A stretch of 64,000 nucleotides of DNA from Candidatus Poribacteria bacterium (GTDB lineage Bacteria > Poribacteria > WGA-4E > JAJDTR01): the NCBI GenBank assembly GCA_965222225.1, contig CBDCTK010000002.1:2240001-2304000 (forward strand), in the 5' to 3' direction. Below, one piece after another: positions 18,893 through 29,833 of this stretch. Position 1 is the stretch's first letter. Every line of letters starts with the position of its first letter. Both the position numbers and the translations under genes were made by a program. The notes under the pieces are model-generated. The model had not been told where the DNA came from, ran no database searches, and was given only the letters and a program-made list of their open reading frames with translations.

Positions 18893-19834
18893 CTAATATC
18901 CCTTCTCTTTATCCACCACATTCTGCAACGGCTCCCCCTTCACATACCGGTGCAAGTTCTCGACAAACCGCGCCATCGAACGTTTTGGGAAATGCTGTGA
19001 GCCGCCCGCGCTATGGGATGTCAAAATCACATTGGGTAGCGTCCACAGCGGGCTGTCGTGCGGGCAAGGTTCCGTGTAAGTGACATCCAGTCCAGCCCCC
19101 GCCAGTTTACCGGACCGCAGCGCCGCGATCATCGCCGCCTCGTCCACCACCTTTCCCCGACTGACGTTGACGAGAAAACTACCCGCATTCAACCGGTCAA
19201 AGAGGTCTTGAGATAGCAATTTGTGCGTTTCCGCCGTGATCGGACAGCATACCATTACCACATTCGATTGAGACATGAGTTCGGGCAGATAGTCCATCTT
19301 CTCCAGTTGGTCGACGGATTCGGGCGGTTGCATATCTTCAGGATCGACGGCAATGACCCGTAACTCAAAGGCTTTCGCCCGATTTGCAATTGCCCGCCCG
19401 ATGCCGCCCAATCCGATAATGCCCATGGTCATACCCGCAAGCTCCAGACACGGCGCACCTCGCCACTGCTTGCTTTTCATGAATTCCAACTGTGTGTGGA
19501 TCTGCCGCGTCAGCGAAAGTAGCAGGGCAAACGCATGTTCGGCAATCTGAGGCCCAAATAGTCCGCCCGCATTCGTCAACACGATGTCGCTGTTCTTGAA
19601 TCTCTCGTACAGGTGCCCTTCAGCCCCGGCATGAGGCTGCTGAACCCACTTCAGTGCATCTGCGCGGTCAAAGTCGGATTCGGAGAGCAGACCGAACAGC
19701 ACCTCAACATCGGCGAGATGGTCTGCCTGCTTTTCCCCATCCGGTAGAAATGTCACCTCGGCCTCGGAGTGTGCATCTTTCAACAACCCCTCAACATCGG
19801 GGGCAAATCGACTGCCAATTAACACGCGAGTCAT
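18893..19834 (-). CDS. D-isomer-specific 2-hydroxyacid dehydrogenase
   Basis: GIIGLGGIG, VNVSRG, LDVTYTEP, TSHSAG; GGAGG RBS before MTRVLIG. Confidence 0.93.
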   Translation of the reverse strand: MTRVLIGSRFAPDVEGLLKDAHSEAEVTFLPDGEKQADHLADVEVLFGLLSESDFDRADALKWVQQPHAGAEGHLYERFKNSDIVLTNAGGLFGPQIAEHAFALLLSLTRQIHTQLEFMKSKQWRGAPCLELAGMTMGIIGLGGIGRAIANRAKAFELRVIAVDPEDMQPPESVDQLEKMDYLPELMSQSNVVMVCCPITAETHKLLSQDLFDRLNAGSFLVNVSRGKVVDEAAMIAALRSGKLAGAGLDVTYTEPCPHDSPLWTLPNVILTSHSAGGSQHFPKRSMARFVENLHRYVKGEPLQNVVDKEKGY

Positions 19835-20027
19835 CGTTATTCCTCCCTTTTGGATTACGCAAAGAGACCAAAATTTATCAGTCAACAGGATGTTGGAAGC
19901 ACACTACCGCTCCCCTCGGATTGCCAAATCCAAGGGGTCTGGATTTGGCAATCCAGACCGAGCAAGAAGCCGTGCGTTTTGAGTTTCCAGAATGCGCAAG
20001 TCCCATGTAACCTAAACTTGCTAGCTT

Positions 20028-21563
20028 TCAAAGATACCGTTTAATGAGATCGGCAATGTCATCATATCCCTTTTTCTCCGCCCAAGCGAGGGGCGTAGCC
20101 CACTCGGCGCCGGCAAGCGTGGAATCAGCGCCGCGCTCAAGATAGAGACGCGCGAGGTCGTACTTTCCCCAACGAACCGCCCAACCCAGGGGCGAAGATT
20201 GCAGCAGGTCGTCAATCACATTCAGGTCGGCGCCATAGTCGAGAAGGATGCTTCCGAAGGTAACGCGTTCAGGTTCGGTCATGATGGGTTCTCCCCATAC
20301 AACGCCGCACGCCGCCAGATCGTGAGCAAGCCGGTATCCGAAACGCCCTACCAGATTGGGGCTGGCGCCGTAATCCAAGATCATCCGAAAGATCTCGGGA
20401 TAGACAGTGCGGTCAAAGTCGCGAAATTTGCGGTGAGGGTTGGTGCGCCAAAGGCGAAGCGGTTGTTCAAGCAGATAGAACCAACGATTGTCATCCGGTT
20501 CCCAATCAAGTTGACGCAAACACATCCCCACGATATTCGGATCGCCCCCGCAGCCTGCCGCCCACAGAAGTTTTTCCGCAAGGGACGGGTCGTTGTGGAG
20601 GGCAACCGCAGCGGCGGAAGTTTCACCTTGGAGTCCGGCAGTTACCGGATCCAATACGCCACCGTATCTAAACAGCAATCCCTTCATTTTTTCATCGCGA
20701 TTGTTATACGCGTTGCCCACGGGATTGCCGCTCGCATAGATGCTGGCGTTGGGATCGGCGCCGCATTCAAGTAGGAGTTCGGCAATCTGAAGAAGACCAT
20801 CTCGTTCAGTGTCGGAGGATTGAAAGCGGTGGGAATCAAATGCGGCATACGCGCGAAGGTAGTCGAAATCACCGAGCGCAACCGCAGATTCAAGCGATTG
20901 TTCGCATCCCGCCTGAAGAAGGATGCCAGCGCAAATCAAGCAACCTTCGTTGAGAGGTCTGTTTCGACCGCGTACATTGTGGACAGCGCCGTCGAGAGGC
21001 GATTGCCCCTCGGGTGTGAGATGGGCAATATCGGCATTGCGTGCGAGTAACTCCTGAACAAGTTGGTAACGGCCGTGAGACGCCGCCGCATAAATGACAC
21101 TGCCGCCATTCCGATGACAGGCGTCGATCAATTCGGGCTGCCGACTGAGGATTGCTAGGGCATCCTCACTTCGCCCCTCTCGGACGGCTTCAAACAGCGC
21201 GTCATTTTCTTCGGTGATGCTGATGTTTTTGCAAGCGGCGAGTTTGCGTTTTTCGTCCTCCTCCCGCAAGATGTGGACAATCTCACCCATGCCCCGTTCA
21301 CGGGCGATGGTAAGTGCGCCGGTGGCATCGCGGTGGGGATAGATGCCGTGCGTGTGATTCGCGCCCGCTTCCATCAGGATGCGCACGGCGTCGGAGTGTT
21401 GATTCATGACCGCGTAGTGAATGGCTCGATGTTCATCGTCCTCCGCCATGTGTACGTTAATCAGATCGGGTTGCAGATCGAGAATCTGTTGAATTTTGGA
21501 GACATCGCCATCCCTCGCCGCTTCGCATAGGTCGGCGACCCTATAGGTTTCATTCGTCTCCAT
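20028..21563 (-). CDS. Ankyrin-repeat protein
   Basis: Multiple ANK repeats (AIHYAV, SPLDGA, SPLGWA, TPLAWA). Confidence 0.9.
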   Translation of the reverse strand: METNETYRVADLCEAARDGDVSKIQQILDLQPDLINVHMAEDDEHRAIHYAVMNQHSDAVRILMEAGANHTHGIYPHRDATGALTIARERGMGEIVHILREEDEKRKLAACKNISITEENDALFEAVREGRSEDALAILSRQPELIDACHRNGGSVIYAAASHGRYQLVQELLARNADIAHLTPEGQSPLDGAVHNVRGRNRPLNEGCLICAGILLQAGCEQSLESAVALGDFDYLRAYAAFDSHRFQSSDTERDGLLQIAELLLECGADPNASIYASGNPVGNAYNNRDEKMKGLLFRYGGVLDPVTAGLQGETSAAAVALHNDPSLAEKLLWAAGCGGDPNIVGMCLRQLDWEPDDNRWFYLLEQPLRLWRTNPHRKFRDFDRTVYPEIFRMILDYGASPNLVGRFGYRLAHDLAACGVVWGEPIMTEPERVTFGSILLDYGADLNVIDDLLQSSPLGWAVRWGKYDLARLYLERGADSTLAGAEWATPLAWAEKKGYDDIADLIKRYL

Positions 21564-21635
21564 GCTTGTTCCTCCGCTACTGCTCGCCTTGAAAAATCCA
21601 AATCAGTTTTGTACACAATCGAGTTTAAGGCGCAT

Positions 21636-22031
21636 CTACTTTTGTTTAGCCCCTCTCAACTCAAAAGCCTTAACTATGATGTACGCAATTAAGGCAAATA
21701 TGAAAATCACTAAGTACATCCAAGCAATTGCTTGAAGGGTTTCAATGATGGTTCGATATATCTCCAGTGTCCATCGTTCGTTATTCAACTCTAAAACCCG
21801 ATCGTCTTTGGTCGGTGCGCTTATATATCGTTCTAGCTGATGTACCCTCACACCACCCGAAATACCGACTACATAGGTGGCAAATTTCACATACTTATTC
21901 CACGCGCTGCTGATTTCCTCCTGAATGATGCGCCTAAAAATGGTGGATATTGGCTTATTAAACATCTTCACAACGCAAAATGAGACAAAAGCCGCTAAAA
22001 CGAATGTGACTAACAGTAATGAAAAAAACAT
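21636..22031 (-). CDS. 3-TM membrane protein; intact paralogue of the genes at 36535 and 36962
   Basis: Shared motifs KYVKFATYVVGIS and TIIETLQAIAWMYL..LIAYIIV. Confidence 0.8.
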   Translation of the reverse strand: MFFSLLLVTFVLAAFVSFCVVKMFNKPISTIFRRIIQEEISSAWNKYVKFATYVVGISGGVRVHQLERYISAPTKDDRVLELNNERWTLEIYRTIIETLQAIAWMYLVIFIFALIAYIIVKAFELRGAKQK

Positions 22032-22052
22032 ATATCCTCCACTTTTCCCGGA

Positions 22053-23222
22053 TTAGAACGAGATGCGTATCAATTCCAGAGAGAAAATCTCATCGGTCTC
22101 AGGCTGAACGCTGTCCGTAGAAGCGAACTCTTCGCCCCAGCCCCGTGTAAAACGGTGTGTGTACCAGATTCCCGCGGCAGATCCAACGACATTCGCCACG
22201 ACATAAAATTTCGTGTTCTCCCAACTGACATCAGCAAGGAGGAGGACTCCGCTGCCGGAGAGCGCACCGATGACCGCACCGAGAATTATCAATCTAGCAC
22301 GGCCTGTCGTGTACTCATCTTTGCCAGTCAATTGATAGCCGAGATATGTTCCTAGCGGCAAACCCAGTATGGAGGCGAACACATAGGCGCGCGGATGCTC
22401 AACTGTTTCAATCTGTCCCGAATCAATTGTGATGTCGCCCAAGCCGGCCAGGTGGGTCATTCCGGCTGCATAAGCACTGCCGACGACGCCTCCCAGAGAG
22501 ATGAGGTGCGCCCGACCTTGTGAAATGGATTTGTCTCGAATCAGTCTCGATGTCGCCCAGACGCCCGCTGGCACACCGACCATTGCGGACGCAGTGTAGA
22601 TTTTGGCTTGCGTCCAATTTTCAAGATTTTCAATGTCGAGAAGATACGGAATGGCGATGCCGTACAACCCTCCGACCAATCCGCCTTTGGTAATGAGATC
22701 GGTTTCGCCTTTCTCAAACCATCTGTGATCGCTGAGTGAGTGAGCGATTAGTCCGCTCAAAGGTGTGGCAAGCATCGCGCTAGCCAAATACGCTTTGTCA
22801 TTCTCGGATTCGAAAAAAATCGGAATGCCGAATCCATAAAGTGTGCCCGCGTAACTCCCCCATTGAATGAGTTTGGAACGGCCGGCGCCGAGCCGATAAT
22901 TTTCGGTGGCTTTGAGCGCGCCCCAAAACGTCCCGCCGCCCATCAGCAGTTCGAGTCCGATTATTTGCCGCGCGGATTCCATCTCTAGCATACGAGCCGT
23001 CCCCGGCCCATACAACAGAAGCCCATACAGCGTTGCATCAAACACCATTCGTTTCCTGCCCTCCTGTTGTTCCTCTAAGCTGACCTGTTCGTCAACGCGG
23101 TTTTCGAGATGACCCTCCGGTACAAGGTTGAGAAAGACGAAAATCGTGAAGCAACAAAGAACGGCAATAATATTGGGCGCCCTATTTCTGCTATTACTCG
23201 GCATGCTGGTAGGATTTTTCAT
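22053..23222 (-). CDS. Glycine-rich multi-pass membrane protein with internal repeats
   Basis: Repeated GR(S/A)xLI..GG helical hairpin units. Confidence 0.7.
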   Translation of the reverse strand: MKNPTSMPSNSRNRAPNIIAVLCCFTIFVFLNLVPEGHLENRVDEQVSLEEQQEGRKRMVFDATLYGLLLYGPGTARMLEMESARQIIGLELLMGGGTFWGALKATENYRLGAGRSKLIQWGSYAGTLYGFGIPIFFESENDKAYLASAMLATPLSGLIAHSLSDHRWFEKGETDLITKGGLVGGLYGIAIPYLLDIENLENWTQAKIYTASAMVGVPAGVWATSRLIRDKSISQGRAHLISLGGVVGSAYAAGMTHLAGLGDITIDSGQIETVEHPRAYVFASILGLPLGTYLGYQLTGKDEYTTGRARLIILGAVIGALSGSGVLLLADVSWENTKFYVVANVVGSAAGIWYTHRFTRGWGEEFASTDSVQPETDEIFSLELIRISF

Positions 23223-23765
23223 AATGTCCTATATGATTAACGTGATTCTGATGCAACTGTGCAATTTCTGACGCAGGTCGTGAAAGTTCGTCTCAGTCTT
23301 TTCAGCGAGATTACTCATGTCCGCATGGAACCCTTGAGAATTAGCATCTCCGAGTGTTTGCTCGTCAGCATATTGTCCCGGAACGACTAGTTGAGTCTTT
23401 AACGCGCGCCTCAAGTTTGTCTTCGCTCTGATTTAATCTCCGCCGGCTAAACCCCAAAGGCACAACGTAGAATATCGCAAATGCTCCCCACAGCTTGAAT
23501 TCATCAAGTAAACCTTCAATGAATCAGTATCTCCTTCTGCGATGCCACATTATCGGAGTTTGCGACAAATCTGACTGCACAAGTGCAACTATACCACATT
23601 CACATCGCTTATTCAACCCGCACCGGTCACATTCCCAGGGCAATCGCCTCTGATTTTTGGGGTGTGATCGCGTCCTCTGCCTCACTCTCGACTAGATGTG
23701 CTATGAATGGGGATGCAAAGGGAAGATCGGAAATCGGGGATTTGATGATTGTCGATTTCACAAGA

Positions 23766-23791
23766 AATCGCGACCGGGAGATCGCTCCTAC
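23766..23791 (-). repeat. REP GTAGGAGCGATCTCCCGGTCGCGA (uninterrupted form)
   Basis: Second uninterrupted copy at 40888-40912 on the plus strand. Confidence 0.75.
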
Positions 23792-23912
23792 AGTAGGTTT
23801 GTAGTAGCGATCCTCGATCATTAAATCGAAGATGGAATCCCTTCATTGCGCGTTTGGCTGGCCGTTCAACTGCGTGAGTCCTAAGACTAAACAGTTACAC
23901 CACCGATTTCAC

Positions 23913-25616
23913 TTATCGGGCGATCAGCATCGTCACCCGATGCGGCTCGGTTCCCGGACTCCGTTTCGGGGCTCCGTGAGCATCTCGTAGAGTAAACGGG
24001 TGATGAATGAGGATGTCCTGCACCCCGTCCTTGTTGAGGTCCACCAGCCAGGTGTATTCCCCGTCGTTGGGTAGGGCAACTGCCACCTTTTGAGGCTGCC
24101 GGGCGAATAGCTTTGGCCCCGGCACGCCGACATAGACACACAATTGCTTATGTGTCCACTCGATAAGCAGGTCTGAGCGTCCGTTGCCGGTCACATCCCC
24201 CATGAGCAAAGTCCTGTTGAATGCGCGCAGGTAACTCTTTTGAGTGTTCCGGCTCTCGTGCGTGCCTCCTCGAAGCACTATGTCCAGCGGCACCCACCCC
24301 GGCTCGCGATGGCTGGGCGCACCGTCCAACGCGATTCTGCGGGTGATGTTGGGATTGTCGCCGTAGAAGCCCCCTTCCATGTAGTAGAACTCAAGATCCA
24401 ACCAGATGTCGTCGCCCATAAACCCCTTGAGTCTCTTCCAGAGACTGCTCTTGAGGAAATCGAGACCGATGGTTGTGAGCATCACGTCGACCCGGCCGTC
24501 GCGATCGAAATCGTGCCGGTACATCCCGAGTTGGACGCTGTCGTCCGACCGGAACGCGGCGTTGACTGCCGGCGCGAACTCGGTGCCACCATCGGGTATT
24601 GGCGTGCCGAAATGCACTTCGTAGGCGGAACGCTTACTGGACATGTTCCTACCCTCTAGCGAGAAAACCACGAGATCGGCGACACCATCGTCGTTCAGGT
24701 CGGTTAACGAGTGCAGTACCTTCCCCAGCATGTCTCCGGTGGCGAGCGAAGAGAACTCGTCGGAGTCGAATGCCACATTGGTCGTGAAGCTCTCTGCCAC
24801 TGGAGAAAACAGCCCGTGCTTGTCCTGGTGATGAACCAAGAAGTGGTCCTCGTTCCAGAACACCAGGTCGTTGCGGCCGTCTCGGTTGTAGTCTATCTCG
24901 TGGACGCGGCTCTGACTCCAAGGGTTGTAACGATAGCCGTCGGCTCCGTAAATCCTACCCATCTCGGCGGGGGCACCGACCTTCACCGGATCGGCGAACG
25001 CGCCATCACCCACCTGGATGAACACCCAGAAGCCCGCGACATCCGGTACCACTAGGTCGTCGCGGTCGTCGCCGTTGAGGTCCCGAGTAATATCTACATG
25101 GGGGATTTCGCCGCTGCGAGGCGGGTTGAAGTTGGAAGTAACCTCCACCAGCGCACGCTCCGTCGCCGTTTCGGGGTCGAACCAGTTTAGGCGGCCGGGC
25201 TCGTAGGTAATCAACCGGTCGCGGCCACCGATGTTTGCGACGTCGACGAACAACACTTTGGGACGCAGCGTTGTGTCAAGGTACGTCTCCCAGGCGCCGT
25301 CGTCGAACGCGTAGATACGCAAGCGACGGTCGTCGTTGCCGTTGATGTTCACTACGGCAAGTTCTGCCATGGCGCCTCCGAGAAGAAACCCCGTTAATAC
25401 GGTCTGGCGTTTCGCGGATCCGATGACCACGTCGTACTGATTGAAAGTGAATTCCGCGGCGGCCTGATCGTCACCGGCGTATGCCATGCATTCCGATAGG
25501 AACGCTCCCAAAACCAGTATGGGGAACAGGCTTCGTGGATAATGCCTCGTGCAGATGGTTGCCAAGCTGGATTTTGCGGAAATCCGGCGTTTGTGGGATT
25601 GGTTTCGCTCTTTCAA
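23913..25616 (-). CDS. FG-GAP/VCBS repeat protein, probably secreted
   Basis: DLNGDDRDDLVV, DYNRDGRNDLV, DLNDDGVADLV, DFDRDGRVDV, DLNKDGVQDIL; start uncertain. Confidence 0.88.
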   Translation of the reverse strand: MKERNQSHKRRISAKSSLATICTRHYPRSLFPILVLGAFLSECMAYAGDDQAAAEFTFNQYDVVIGSAKRQTVLTGFLLGGAMAELAVVNINGNDDRRLRIYAFDDGAWETYLDTTLRPKVLFVDVANIGGRDRLITYEPGRLNWFDPETATERALVEVTSNFNPPRSGEIPHVDITRDLNGDDRDDLVVPDVAGFWVFIQVGDGAFADPVKVGAPAEMGRIYGADGYRYNPWSQSRVHEIDYNRDGRNDLVFWNEDHFLVHHQDKHGLFSPVAESFTTNVAFDSDEFSSLATGDMLGKVLHSLTDLNDDGVADLVVFSLEGRNMSSKRSAYEVHFGTPIPDGGTEFAPAVNAAFRSDDSVQLGMYRHDFDRDGRVDVMLTTIGLDFLKSSLWKRLKGFMGDDIWLDLEFYYMEGGFYGDNPNITRRIALDGAPSHREPGWVPLDIVLRGGTHESRNTQKSYLRAFNRTLLMGDVTGNGRSDLLIEWTHKQLCVYVGVPGPKLFARQPQKVAVALPNDGEYTWLVDLNKDGVQDILIHHPFTLRDAHGAPKRSPGTEPHRVTMLIAR

Positions 25617-25651
25617 TTCTGTTGTTATAAAATGTAACTCTGCTTTGCGGC

Positions 25652-25706
25652 GATCAACCGACCGAATAGGATCAAATGAGCGAATAGCGAATGCGATAGA
25701 GATCCC
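25652..25706 (+). repeat. 37-nt element inserted after nt 18 of another copy
   Basis: GATCAACCGACCGAATAG + GATCAAATGAGCGAATAGCGAATGCGATAGAGATCCC. Confidence 0.85.
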
Positions 25707-25763
25707 TCTTCATTGCCCGTCTAATGACTTCAGGGTTGTTACTCACCACTAAACACTTATAAT

Positions 25764-26552
25764 TTACGATTCCCAGATAAAAACCTGTTTCTCGTAGATA
25801 ATTTCAAATCCGTTGCGCTCCAGATTCCCCAGCGATGTTTTAAGCATGGTGAGGGTTTGACTGCACGCGACTTGGCATCCGAGTTCAGCGGCTCGATTCA
25901 AGCGTGCCTTGATGAGCACATTTTGCCCGCCTTTTCCTCTGTGTTCTTCAGCCGTTGCTGCCGAACAAAGGCAGGCGAAACTGTCGTGTGTCCCCAGTAT
26001 TGCGGCACTGACAGGAGTACGATCTTCATACGCCAGAAAGTGCTCAAACCCGGGCTGATCAACGCCGTCAAAGAAAAATGAACAACCCCAAGGACTGTAG
26101 ATATGGGTAATCGCATCGGCGTGGTTTTCGACCTCCCGCCGAGAGACACGCTCCACTCTGAGATGGGTTTCGTGTGGTGTTACTTTTTCAACGGGACGAA
26201 TTAGCGTAGGGTACTGTGTCCCCTGAAACGGCTTAAGACCGTTGTCTAGCAGCCACTTGACGATTTCTTCTTGCTGGGGATTCGGACTAAGCCAGAAGAA
26301 GAATCGCTCAACCTGTGCCCCTTTCAATGTGTTCAGAACCTTTAAGAAATCGGTCTGAGACACTGTTGTCCCGCAACCGAAATAAAGGGCGGCGTTTCTG
26401 TTGGCTGATGGATACGGCGAGGACGCCGAAGGTGGATCTATCGTGATGATAGCATCCCCAATATTTTCGTACCTGTGTGTGCCGCCCTTCGAACAACTGA
26501 ATTCTTTCTGCTCAAGGACTTTGAGATGTTTGGCGATTTCATAAGGTATCAT
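25764..26552 (-). CDS. GNAT-family N-acetyltransferase
   Basis: AATAEEHRGKGGQ acetyl-CoA motif; SLGNLERNGF; start uncertain. Confidence 0.8.
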   Translation of the reverse strand: MIPYEIAKHLKVLEQKEFSCSKGGTHRYENIGDAIITIDPPSASSPYPSANRNAALYFGCGTTVSQTDFLKVLNTLKGAQVERFFFWLSPNPQQEEIVKWLLDNGLKPFQGTQYPTLIRPVEKVTPHETHLRVERVSRREVENHADAITHIYSPWGCSFFFDGVDQPGFEHFLAYEDRTPVSAAILGTHDSFACLCSAATAEEHRGKGGQNVLIKARLNRAAELGCQVACSQTLTMLKTSLGNLERNGFEIIYEKQVFIWES

Positions 26553-26932
26553 TTCATTTTTCAATCGGGCTTTCAAAAGTCAAGCGGTAACCGTCGGGAT
26601 CTTTGAAATAAAAGACATCCATGTCGTTGCCAACAAAGGGTACGCCTACTTGAATACCGCGTTAATTGAACTCTCGGTGCGCCGCTTTGGCATCATCACA
26701 AATGAAATATAGCGTAAGTCCACCTCAGGATTCGCGCGAGCTTCGCCCTGAGACTTCTGCAGCATCAGCGCTCTGTCGCCGTGCTGAATCCAGCACTATT
26801 GCAATTCGTCATCTTTCTCCCACTTTTCTTGCATTTCGAACCCGAGACCATCAACGTAAAATGCGACCAATCTCTCCACATCCGCAACGGCGAATAAAGG
26901 GACTGTCTGAGCAATTTTGACCCGTGATAAAC

Positions 26933-29809
26933 TCATGAGATTCTCCCATTTAAAAGTGGTTTCAAAAACTGTCCGGTATAAGATTGTTCAACGCTCGCGA
27001 TTGCTTCCGGCGGTCCTTTTGCAATCACATTGCCCCCGTTGTGACCGCCTTCCGGACCGAGGTCAATCACATGGTCTGCGGTTTTAATCACGTCAAGGTG
27101 GTGTTCGATGACGATGACCGTGTGGCCCGCATCGACAAGCCCGTTCAGCGCGTCGAGTAGTTTTTGGATGTCCGCCAGATGTAGTCCGGTCGTCGGTTCG
27201 TCAAGAATGTAGAGGTTATGTTTGCCGCGTTTGATTTTGCCGAATTCGGTCGCAAGCTTCACGCGCTGCGCCTCGCCGCCCGAGAGGATGGTGGCGGGAT
27301 GACCCACTTTGAGATAGCCCAGCCCGAGAGTGTTGAGCACGGACAGTTTGTGCACAATGAGCTTCTCATTCGCAAAGAATTCGACGGCGTCTTTAACCGA
27401 CATATCAAGCACGTCGGCAATGGTTTTGTCTTGATACGTGACCTCAAGGGTTTCATCATTGTAACGCGCCCCTTTGCAGGTGGGGCACGGAACTTCAACG
27501 TCGGGCATAAACGCGAGGCTTGTCTTGATTACGCCATCGCCCGCGCACTCTTCACAGCGACCCCCTTTGACGTTGAAGCTGAACCGGGAAACTGTGTAGC
27601 CGCGTTCTTTGGCTTCGGGCGTGGATGCAAAACATTTACGGATGTTGTCGTAGAAACCGATGTACGTCGCGGGATTTGAGCGCGGGGAACGCCCGATGGG
27701 AGACTGGTCGATGTTGACGACATCCCCGAAGTATTCGTGGCCGACAATGTCATCGTGATCGCCGGAAAACACCCGACTGTCGTGGTATAGGTTATAGAGT
27801 TTCTTGTAAAGTACTTCGTGAATAAGCGTGCTTTTGCCTGATCCGGACGCCCCCGTGATGCAGGTAAAGACTCCGATTGGGATCTCAACGTCAATGTCGT
27901 TGAGGTTGTTCGCACGTGCGCCTTTGATGTGCAGCGCCTTAGCGTTCTTTTTACGGCGTTGGCTCGGCACGTCAATCGTCCGTGTGCCGCCAAGGTATTG
28001 TGCGGTTGGTGATTCACGGCAGTCCAAGACCTCTTTGAGGGAACCGCTCGCGACGACGTGACCGCCGTGCACACCCGGACCTGGTCCCATCTCAATGATG
28101 TAATCAGCAGCGCGAATGGTTTCCTCATCGTGTTCGACGACGATGACGGTGTTGCCGATGTCGCGCAGGCGTTGTATGGTGTTTATCATCTTGACGTTGT
28201 CTTTGGGGTGCAAACCGATGCTAGGCTCGTCAAGCACATAGAGCATTCCCATAAGCCCAGAGCCGATCTGCGTGGAGAGCCGAATGCGCTGAGATTCACC
28301 GCCCGAAAGCGTACCCGACGGGCGATTGAGGCTGAGGTAATCGAGGCCGATACCGATAAGAAGCTCCAGGCGGGATGTGATTTCAAAGATAATCTGTGAG
28401 GCGACCTTCTCCTGTTTGTCCGGTAGTGTGAGTTTGTCCAGAAAGGATAACAGCTCCGGCAGGTGCATTTCGCCGAGGTTATGTATATTGTAATCCTCGA
28501 TAGTGACCAAAAGGCGCTGTTTTTTGAGTCGCTCACCGCCACAGTCCGGACAAAGGTTCTCAACCATCACCTTGCGCAGGTAATCCTCCATGCGTCCGTG
28601 AGCGGCACCTTGTTGTCGGTAGCGACGATAATGGCGCTCAATCTGGTTGATGACGCCATCGTAGCGAAACTCGCGTCCGATGTATCTGGCGGCGGACTTG
28701 GATTCAGGGGGCTGTTCAACGACAACCCGTTCCCCTTTTGTCCCGTACAGGAGCAAATCCTTAACCTCGTCGGACAGGTCTTTATACGGCGTGTCGAGAT
28801 CGAAATTGTATTTCTTCGACAGACTGTAGAGAATGCGTCCTCCCCATGAATTGACATTGTACTGTAGTGCCTCCTTGACAAAGGCGCCCTCGCGAAGACT
28901 GCGATCTTTGTCCGGGGCGACGAGGTCGGGATGCGCTTTGAGATAGGTGCCCAAGCCCGAGCAGGTGATGCAAGCGCCCGCGGGATCGTTGAAGGTGAAC
29001 ATGCCGTGGTGCATACGGCCCGCGACAACATGAACCGAAGAACCTCCGAGTTTATCGTAAAAGGCATCGGTGGCTTTCGCTTCTGTGGGGTCAAGCACGT
29101 GAAAACTTAAGAAACCTTCACCGATGACTTCAAGACCGTGCGTCAGCGAGGTGACAATCTGTTTGTCGAGCCCCTTGCGGATGACAAAGCGGTCAACGAT
29201 TACTTCAATGAGGTAATTCTCCCCTTCGTCAAGGTCTATTTCTTCGCTCAGGTCGTGCATCTTGTCGTCGATACACAAACGGCGGTATCCTTTGGTGCGA
29301 ATGTCGTCGAAAAGATAGGCGTAGTCTTCGCCGTAGATTTTGAGCACTGGGGCGCGGACTTCAACTTCGGTGCCTTCAGGCAGCGAAAGCATGTGTTCCA
29401 TCATCTGATGAGGCGTCCACACCTTGACCCTCTCCTTGGTTATGGGGCAGCGCGGCTGTCCAATGTTCGCAAAGAGCATCCGCAGGTAGTCGTACAGGTC
29501 CGTCATGGTGCCCACGGTCGATCTCGGGTTCTTCATGACCGTTTTCTGTTCGATTGAGATGACGGGCGAGAGACCGTTCACGAAATCGACATCAGGTTTC
29601 TTAAGCTGGGAGACAAATTGGCGGGCAAAGGTGGAGAGCGATTCCATGAAACGCCGCTGTCCTTCGGCGTACACCGTGTCGAAAGCGAGGGAGGATTTCC
29701 CTGAACCGCTTACGCCGGTGACAACAACGAGCTTGTCGCGCGGGATTTCGAGGTGGACGTTCCGCAGATTGTTCTCGCGAGCGCCTTTGACTTCGATGGT
29801 TGATCTCAT
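26933..29809 (-). CDS. uvrA: UvrA-family excinuclease ABC subunit A (divergent copy)
   Basis: [35 protein letters not shown] zinc finger, [18 protein letters not shown]. Confidence 0.9.
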   Translation of the reverse strand: MRSTIEVKGARENNLRNVHLEIPRDKLVVVTGVSGSGKSSLAFDTVYAEGQRRFMESLSTFARQFVSQLKKPDVDFVNGLSPVISIEQKTVMKNPRSTVGTMTDLYDYLRMLFANIGQPRCPITKERVKVWTPHQMMEHMLSLPEGTEVEVRAPVLKIYGEDYAYLFDDIRTKGYRRLCIDDKMHDLSEEIDLDEGENYLIEVIVDRFVIRKGLDKQIVTSLTHGLEVIGEGFLSFHVLDPTEAKATDAFYDKLGGSSVHVVAGRMHHGMFTFNDPAGACITCSGLGTYLKAHPDLVAPDKDRSLREGAFVKEALQYNVNSWGGRILYSLSKKYNFDLDTPYKDLSDEVKDLLLYGTKGERVVVEQPPESKSAARYIGREFRYDGVINQIERHYRRYRQQGAAHGRMEDYLRKVMVENLCPDCGGERLKKQRLLVTIEDYNIHNLGEMHLPELLSFLDKLTLPDKQEKVASQIIFEITSRLELLIGIGLDYLSLNRPSGTLSGGESQRIRLSTQIGSGLMGMLYVLDEPSIGLHPKDNVKMINTIQRLRDIGNTVIVVEHDEETIRAADYIIEMGPGPGVHGGHVVASGSLKEVLDCRESPTAQYLGGTRTIDVPSQRRKKNAKALHIKGARANNLNDIDVEIPIGVFTCITGASGSGKSTLIHEVLYKKLYNLYHDSRVFSGDHDDIVGHEYFGDVVNIDQSPIGRSPRSNPATYIGFYDNIRKCFASTPEAKERGYTVSRFSFNVKGGRCEECAGDGVIKTSLAFMPDVEVPCPTCKGARYNDETLEVTYQDKTIADVLDMSVKDAVEFFANEKLIVHKLSVLNTLGLGYLKVGHPATILSGGEAQRVKLATEFGKIKRGKHNLYILDEPTTGLHLADIQKLLDALNGLVDAGHTVIVIEHHLDVIKTADHVIDLGPEGGHNGGNVIAKGPPEAIASVEQSYTGQFLKPLLNGRIS

Positions 29810-29833
29810 CTCTGTAAGCAGCCAACCTTTGAT

